From IMG/VR virus record IMGVR_UViG_3300021378_000004: 64,000 bases of DNA; one strand, written 5' to 3'. This document shows, piece after piece, positions 58,452 through 64,000 of the stretch (position 1 is the first letter of the stretch; each line of letters opens with the position of its first letter). Source of the stretch: a virus. The notes beneath the pieces are model-generated. The model was not told where the DNA came from, did not search any database, and saw only the letters and a list, made by a program, of their open reading frames with translations. The translations under genes and the position numbers were made by a program.

Positions 58452-58759
58452 TGGATAATGTCGAAAACGTTGAAAACGCAGAATTAGATGATAATAGAAA
58501 TCATATTCAAGATTTGATAAAAGCTGCTTTGGATAAAGATTACAATAACGCTAATAAAACATTTGGTGAAGTTATGACTATTAAAATGTCTGACTTATTA
58601 GATCAAGAAAAAATTAAGATGGCTGATCAAGTTTATAATGGAGCTGAAGAGGAAGAAGAAGAGATTGATACAGAAGAGCTTGAAGAGCTTGAAATGGAAG
58701 ATGGTGTAGAAGAATTAGAAGACGAAGAAGCCGAAGAAGAAGATGAAAATTCGGTCTAA
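58451..58759 (+). CDS. Acidic prohead core protein (gp67-like)
   Basis: Position after the portal gene; Glu-rich C-terminus. Confidence 0.6.
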   Translation: MDNVENVENAELDDNRNHIQDLIKAALDKDYNNANKTFGEVMTIKMSDLLDQEKIKMADQVYNGAEEEEEEIDTEELEELEMEDGVEELEDEEAEEEDENSV

Positions 58760-58770
58760 AACTAAAAACG

Positions 58771-58778
58771 TATAAATA
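58771..58778 (+). promoter_or_regulatory. T4-type late promoter
   Basis: Exact intergenic TATAAATA. Confidence 0.78.
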
Positions 58779-58786
58779 TAATTAAC

Positions 58787-59005
58787 ATGAAAACTTTTTT
58801 ACAATTAAGAGAATTAGCAGGAAGAAAGCCTATAGGCAAAGTAGTCTTTGATAAAAAGATTAATCGCATTCCCGTTAAAGTTAATAATGAAAAAAATAAA
58901 TTTGTTGTTTATATTGATGGCGATAGATTAGATGCTTATAATTCTCAGCGTGAAGCTGAGAAAGCTGCATTAGAATTTATGAAACAATACAAAGGAATGA
59001 AGTAA
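58787..59005 (+). CDS. Hypothetical head-region protein
   Basis: MKTFLQLRE start typical of T4-like internal head proteins; follows a late promoter. Confidence 0.65.
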   Translation: MKTFLQLRELAGRKPIGKVVFDKKINRIPVKVNNEKNKFVVYIDGDRLDAYNSQREAEKAALEFMKQYKGMK

Positions 59006-59250
59006 TGGAAATAAGACCTTTAGCCGCCAAAGTCACTGCAAACGGTAATTCTAATAAAACTACTGTAGGTAATGCTCAAATAGTTTACGTTTGCGCAACT
59101 GCAGATGATTTAATTACTAATGTTACAACTAGCGCTACAATGCAAGTACATGAAAATCAAGCTTTTGTATTGCATAAAGCTGCAGGTGATGAAATACATG
59201 CAGGTACTACAACAACGCATTTTACTAAAATAGCATACCCAAGAGGTTAA
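59005..59250 (+). CDS. Hypothetical head-region protein
   Basis: Coupled ORF directly upstream of gp21. Confidence 0.6.
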   Translation: MEIRPLAAKVTANGNSNKTTVGNAQIVYVCATADDLITNVTTSATMQVHENQAFVLHKAAGDEIHAGTTTTHFTKIAYPRG

Positions 59251-59251
59251 T

Positions 59252-59911
59252 ATGAAATTAATATCAGAATATGCAGAAAATAAAATAGAATTTTTAATTA
59301 CTGAAGATAAGAAAACTGGTAAAAAAAATTATGCTATTGAAGGTGTATTTGCGCAAGCAGAAACAAAGAATCGTAACGGACGTATATATCCAATGCCAGT
59401 GATGGAAAAAGCACTTGGTAAATATAATAACGATCAGGTTACTAAAGGCAGAGCAGTTGGAGAGTTAAATCATCCGGAAGGACCAACTGTTAACTTAGAT
59501 AAGGTTTCCCACAAAATCACTGAATTAAAATTTCAGGGTAATGATATTGTGGGCAAAGCATCGATACTGAACACCCCTATGGGAGAAGTTGTTAAAGGCT
59601 TACTCGATGGCGAAGTTCAATTTGGTGTATCGACTCGTGGTATGGGAAGTTTGAGCCAGCGTAATGGCGTCGCAGTCGTCAACGACGATTATATTCTAAA
59701 CGCGGTAGATATCGTGCAAGATCCATCCGCTCCTAGCGCTTTTGTTAATGGGATAATGGAAGGGGTTGAATGGGTTTGGAATAACGGCATTATAGAAGCA
59801 CAAACAATTGAAAGAATGGAGACTGAAATTAAAAAGGCTCCACGCGCTGATCTCTATGAGACACAAGTTCGTGAGTTTAAGAATTTCCTCTCGTTATTAA
59901 AATCAAAATAA
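59252..59911 (+). CDS. gp21: Prohead protease gp21
   Basis: IEGVFAQAE.KNRNGRIYP; GELNHP; GVSTRGMGSL; DIVQDPSAPSAFV. Confidence 0.97.
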   Translation: MKLISEYAENKIEFLITEDKKTGKKNYAIEGVFAQAETKNRNGRIYPMPVMEKALGKYNNDQVTKGRAVGELNHPEGPTVNLDKVSHKITELKFQGNDIVGKASILNTPMGEVVKGLLDGEVQFGVSTRGMGSLSQRNGVAVVNDDYILNAVDIVQDPSAPSAFVNGIMEGVEWVWNNGIIEAQTIERMETEIKKAPRADLYETQVREFKNFLSLLKSK

Positions 59912-59921
59912 GGAGTCAAAA

Positions 59922-60980
59922 ATGGCTGATAAAGAAATAATAGATGATCAGGATATTGAACTCCATGAAGACGAGAACGAAATCATGGAAGCTCAAGCTC
60001 ACGATCCTAAAAATGCTGAGGCACAGTCAATAGCTGCTGTCGACAAGGCAGGTGAAGCTACTGGTAGCGCCCCAAAGCGTAAAGGTGACAACACTAAACA
60101 AGATCCAATGCCAAAAACTAAAGCAGCTTTAATAGCTGGTATGGTTGGCAAAATGCAAGGTATGAATAAAGCAGATTTATCTGCTATGTTTAAAGGCGAA
60201 AATTACGTAAGTAACGATGCTGAACTTGCAGAAGAAGAAATTAAACCTACTGCAAATGTAGAAGTAGATTTCAAAGACGATCTTAAAGCACTTGTTAACG
60301 AAGAAGCTACACTGTCTGATGCATTTAAGCAAAAAGCAGAGACTATTTTCGAAGCTGCAATTAATACAAAAATAAATGTAGAGATTGATAGATTAGAAGA
60401 GAAGTACAATGAAGAACTTTCAGAAGAGATTGAAAGTACTAAAAGTGAACTTGTGGAAAAAGTAGACAGTTACCTTAACTACGTAGTTGAAGGCTGGATG
60501 GAAGACAACAAGTTAGCAATCCAAAATGGTTTAAGAACTGAAATTGCTGAAGACTTTATGAATAAGTTAAAAGACTTATTTACTGAATCTCACATTCAGG
60601 TGCCAGAGGATAAAGTTGACATTGTTGACGAACTCGCAGACAACGTTGATGAGCTTGAGGCAAAACTCAATGAATCAACTGAAAAGTCTATTCACATGGC
60701 TGAAGAGTTAGAGCTATATAAAAGGGAGTCTATCATTAGAGAGGCAACTAAAGATTTAGCAGAAACTCAAGTTGAAAAGCTAAAAGATTTAGCAGAAAAC
60801 GTTGATTTTGACGACGAAGAAACTTTTGCACAAAAGGTATCTCAGTTAAAAGAATCATATTTTGCTAAGACAACTAAAACCCAAGATGAGATTGTTGAAG
60901 ATGATGATGCTCCACTAGTGGAATCAACAGGTTCAATGGATCAATATCTTAAAGCAATAAAGAAAACTGCAACAAAATAA
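59922..60980 (+). CDS. gp22: Prohead scaffold protein gp22
   Basis: Acidic coiled coil; IFEAA; VDSYLNYVVEGWMEDN..GLRTEIAEDF. Confidence 0.95.
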   Translation: MADKEIIDDQDIELHEDENEIMEAQAHDPKNAEAQSIAAVDKAGEATGSAPKRKGDNTKQDPMPKTKAALIAGMVGKMQGMNKADLSAMFKGENYVSNDAELAEEEIKPTANVEVDFKDDLKALVNEEATLSDAFKQKAETIFEAAINTKINVEIDRLEEKYNEELSEEIESTKSELVEKVDSYLNYVVEGWMEDNKLAIQNGLRTEIAEDFMNKLKDLFTESHIQVPEDKVDIVDELADNVDELEAKLNESTEKSIHMAEELELYKRESIIREATKDLAETQVEKLKDLAENVDFDDEETFAQKVSQLKESYFAKTTKTQDEIVEDDDAPLVESTGSMDQYLKAIKKTATK

Positions 60981-60994
60981 ATAGGGAGTCTTAA

Positions 60995-62314
60995 ATGACA
61001 CAATCATACGATAGATTGATCGAAAAATGGGCACCAGTGCTGAACGAAGAGTCAGCTGGTACTATTGCGGATCATCATAAAAAAGCTGTAACAGCTGCAG
61101 TACTTGAGAATCAGGAAATCGCACTTAGAGAAGAAGGAATGATTACAGAAGCAGCTCCAGGAAATGCTACAGGTTCAGTAGCAAATTGGAATCCAGTATT
61201 AATTGCACTAGTAAGACGTGCTATGCCTAACTTAATGGCATATGACATCTGTGGTGTACAACCAATGTCTGGCCCAACTGGTCTTATCTTCGCAATGAAG
61301 TCAAGATACGGTGGTGGTTCAACATCAAATAGAGAAGCATTATTCAACGAAGCTGAGACTCAGTTTTCTGGTGACAGTGGTGGCACTCACGATTCTGATA
61401 ACGTATCAGGTTTAAGAGACTCACAAGGTGGCGGAACTGTTGGAACAGTCGATGACGACAGACTTACAGCTCTTGCTGCAGGTGGTATGACAACCAATGA
61501 AGCTGAGAAATTAGGTTCAACTGGAGAATCATCATTCAGAGAGATGGGATTCACTATTGAGAAAGCAACTGTGACTGCTAAGTCAAGAGCATTAAAAGCT
61601 GAATACAGCTTAGAATTAGCTCAAGACCTTAAAGCTATTCATGGTCTAGACGCTGAGACAGAATTGGCAAACATCTTGTCAACAGAAATCTTAGCTGAAA
61701 TCAATAGAGAAGTTATTAGAACTATTAACTCTCAAGCTAAAACTGGTGCTTTACAATCTAACACAGCTATTAACGGTATCTTTAATATTCAAACAGATGC
61801 TGATGGTAGATGGTCAGTTGAAAAGTTTAAAGGACTTGTATTACAAATCGAAAGAGAATGTAATAGAATTGCAATCGAGACACGTAGAGGTAAAGGAAAC
61901 TTTATCATATGTTCATCTGATGTAGCATCTGCACTTTCTGCAGCTGGTATGTTAGACTACACACCTGCAATGTCAACAAACTTAAATGTTGATGACACAG
62001 GTAACACTTTTGCTGGTGTCTTAAACGGTAGAACAAGAGTTTACATCGATCCGTATGCTGCACAAAACTATGTGACAGTTGGATATAAGGGAACTAACCC
62101 ATACGATGCTGGTCTATTCTATTGCCCATACGTTCCATTAACAATGGTACGTGCAGTTGGTGAAGATACATTCCAACCAAAAATTGGTTTTAAAACCAGA
62201 TATGGAATGGCATCTAACCCATACGTAGGTGCAACACCTGCTGATGGTCTAGCCGCAGTTAAGACTAACCAATACTACAGAATATTCAGAGTTGACAATA
62301 TTCTAGGTGCTTAG
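60995..62314 (+). CDS. gp23: Major capsid protein gp23
   Basis: LVRRAMPNLMAYDICGVQPMSGPTGLIFAM; SRALKAEYSLELAQDLKAIHGLDAE; FQPKIGFKTRYG. Confidence 0.99.
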   Translation: MTQSYDRLIEKWAPVLNEESAGTIADHHKKAVTAAVLENQEIALREEGMITEAAPGNATGSVANWNPVLIALVRRAMPNLMAYDICGVQPMSGPTGLIFAMKSRYGGGSTSNREALFNEAETQFSGDSGGTHDSDNVSGLRDSQGGGTVGTVDDDRLTALAAGGMTTNEAEKLGSTGESSFREMGFTIEKATVTAKSRALKAEYSLELAQDLKAIHGLDAETELANILSTEILAEINREVIRTINSQAKTGALQSNTAINGIFNIQTDADGRWSVEKFKGLVLQIERECNRIAIETRRGKGNFIICSSDVASALSAAGMLDYTPAMSTNLNVDDTGNTFAGVLNGRTRVYIDPYAAQNYVTVGYKGTNPYDAGLFYCPYVPLTMVRAVGEDTFQPKIGFKTRYGMASNPYVGATPADGLAAVKTNQYYRIFRVDNILGA

Positions 62315-62340
62315 TCTTAGTACTTTAAATTAATATTAGA

Positions 62341-62366
62341 AGAGGGACGAAAGTCCCTCTTTTTTT
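62341..62366 (+). terminator. Rho-independent terminator after gp23
   Basis: AGAGGGAC-GAAA-GTCCCTCT followed by a T-tract. Confidence 0.92.
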
Positions 62367-62368
62367 CG

Positions 62369-62376
62369 TATAAATA
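62369..62376 (+). promoter_or_regulatory. T4-type late promoter
   Basis: TATAAATA just after the terminator, 5 nt before the gp3 ATG. Confidence 0.8.
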
Positions 62377-62381
62377 CAATT

Positions 62382-62948
62382 ATGGCATTAACTACAAACT
62401 TTAACTATCTACAACCAACTGGATTTAAGTTAGTAATAGATAGAAAAAATTATCCGAACTTAGAGTTCTTCTGTCAAGATTTCACCCACGCTGGTGTAAT
62501 TATGAATACAGCAGATCTTGGCTATAAGAAAATAGCAGCAATTCCATTTATAGGTGACAAACTTACTTATAATGAAATGCTAGCAAATATAATCATTGAT
62601 GAAGATATGAAGACTTATACAGAGATGCACAACTGGATGAGAAGAAATCTTGATCAAGATAACGTAACAGCACTTGATAGATTTAATAACGCAAATGCAA
62701 TACCTGCAATGTCTGATATAACGTTATCAATACTTAATAGTTCAAATAACACTATAGCACAAATTATCTATAGAGATAGTATACCAACAGCATTAACTGA
62801 TATTCAGTTTCAAGCTACAACTGGTGCTGAATCTTTTCTAACATTTGGTGCTTCATTTAGATTTACTTATTTTGATATTAAGACAATTAATCCAACAACT
62901 GGTGCAATAACAGATTCATTTGATGTAACTGGTTCTGTAACTGGTTAA
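62382..62948 (+). CDS. gp3: Tail tube terminator / tail completion protein gp3
   Basis: NYLQPTGFKL..GDKLTY..IIDEDMKTYTEMHNWM..SDITLSILNS. Confidence 0.88.
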   Translation: MALTTNFNYLQPTGFKLVIDRKNYPNLEFFCQDFTHAGVIMNTADLGYKKIAAIPFIGDKLTYNEMLANIIIDEDMKTYTEMHNWMRRNLDQDNVTALDRFNNANAIPAMSDITLSILNSSNNTIAQIIYRDSIPTALTDIQFQATTGAESFLTFGASFRFTYFDIKTINPTTGAITDSFDVTGSVTG

Positions 62949-62972
62949 TATATATTATTAATTGGAGAGATT

Positions 62973-63419
62973 ATGATAGACTTGAAAAAAGTCCACGATA
63001 TGTGGCAAAACGATAGCATTATTAACAATGCAAAATTAGACGAAACTTCAAAAAACACACCGCAGTTACATTCAAAATATTTACAAATATGGTCAACCGC
63101 AAAGTTAGAACTAAAACGCTGTGAGTTTGAACAAAAGAAATTACTTAAAGACAAATGGTTATATTATAATGGTAAGATGGATCATGAAACAATAAAAGAA
63201 AAAGGTTGGGTGCCAGATCCATTTGATGGTTTAAAAGTACTCAAAGGCGAAATGGATTATTACTATGATAGTGATCCGGAAATTCAAAAGTCAGAAGAAA
63301 GAATACAATATTGGAAAACTGTAGTTGAAACTTTATCTGAAATTATTGATAATTTAAAGTGGAGACACCAGACAATAGGTAATATTATTAAATGGAAACA
63401 ATTCGAATCAGGAAATTAA
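62973..63419 (+). CDS. uvsY: Recombination mediator UvsY
   Basis: W.NDS.I..LHSKYL..KWLYYNGK..YYDSDPEI..IKWKQFESG. Confidence 0.9.
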   Translation: MIDLKKVHDMWQNDSIINNAKLDETSKNTPQLHSKYLQIWSTAKLELKRCEFEQKKLLKDKWLYYNGKMDHETIKEKGWVPDPFDGLKVLKGEMDYYYDSDPEIQKSEERIQYWKTVVETLSEIIDNLKWRHQTIGNIIKWKQFESGN

Positions 63420-64000
63420 ATCATTCTATAATACATGTAGAATGCGAAAGAGGCGTAGGTGCAGAACTACGAGAGTTTTTTTCATTCTATGTTCCTGGTT
63501 ATAAATTTATGCCAGCATTTCGTAATCGATTGTGGGATGGAAAAATAAGATTATTTAATCAAATTAATGGACAAATATCTGCAGGACTATTTCCTCAAAT
63601 AGTAACGTTTGCAGAAAAACGTGAATATGAAATTGAAATACTAGAATCAGATTATGGTAATCCTAATGAAGGAAATAAAATAAATCCCGAATTTATGATG
63701 AAGTTTGTAGATGCTTTAAAGTTACCATTTAAAATAAGAGATTATCAGTTTGATGCAGTATGCACTGGAATACAAAGAAAAAATGCTATATTGCTATCAC
63801 CAACTGGTTCTGGTAAATCACTTATAATATATGTTCTAATGCGTTATCTTATATCGTCATTCGAACAAGACGTTCTTGTGATAGTGCCGACTACATCATT
63901 AGTTGAGCAAATGTATAATGATTTTAAAACTTATGGTTATGACGTTGAAAAATATTGTCATAGAATATATTCAGGTAAAGATAAAAATACAACTAAGAGA
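63392..64000 (+). CDS. uvsW: Helicase UvsW, 3'-truncated (not in the ORF track)
   Basis: Own translation from ATG 63392: METIRIRKLNHS..FYVPGYKFMPAFRNRLWDGKIRLF..RDYQ..SPTGSGKS..VPTTSLVEQM. Confidence 0.93.
   Translation, partial: METIRIRKLNHSIIHVECERGVGAELREFFSFYVPGYKFMPAFRNRLWDGKIRLFNQINGQISAGLFPQIVTFAEKREYEIEILESDYGNPNEGNKINPEFMMKFVDALKLPFKIRDYQFDAVCTGIQRKNAILLSPTGSGKSLIIYVLMRYLISSFEQDVLVIVPTTSLVEQMYNDFKTYGYDVEKYCHRIYSGKDKNTTKR

Noticed and set aside
52917-62314. Introns, inteins or homing endonucleases in gp17, gp20 or gp23
   Set aside because: The ORFs are continuous and of normal length, with no intein or endonuclease motifs.
146-63154. Many short ORFs antisense or out-of-frame within long structural genes (e.g. 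8585-9145, 24591-25268, 55874-56287, 34648-34968)
   Set aside because: They are shadow ORFs produced by the codon bias of the real genes, with no RBS, promoter or recognisable motif.

Overview
This 64 kb window is the virion morphogenesis region of a low-GC T4-like myovirus of the marine/aquatic type. The host cannot be determined from the sequence. Gene order is: split gp5 hub module, gp25, gp6, gp7-like, gp9-like, gp8, a split VrlC/DUF4815-like protein, small virion proteins, an AT-rich enzyme cassette (17.9-22.6 kb), a ~27 kb run of fibre/adhesin genes (22.6-49.7 kb), gp13-gp23, gp3, uvsY and a partial uvsW. T4 late promoters (TATAAATA) punctuate the region. Four patterns stand out, all hypotheses read from the sequence by eye. 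(1) A D-S-[A/S/D/G] motif is strongly enriched in surface-exposed virion proteins and absent from terminase, protease, tube and gp13. It sits beside a late-promoter-driven cassette of two glycosyltransferases, an oxygenase, a methyltransferase, a nitroreductase and a split radical SAM/twitch enzyme, suggesting a phage-encoded virion glycosylation or modification system. (2) The fibre genes show a colinear plug-and-socket pattern, in which the C-terminal module type of each gene predicts the N-terminal motif of the next. (3) Beta-propellers are inserted Russian-doll fashion into loops of small fibre domains. (4) Two apparently catalytically dead peptidoglycan-hydrolase folds lie in the split gp5 locus. 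No tRNA, rRNA, CRISPR array, integrase, intron or intein was recognised.
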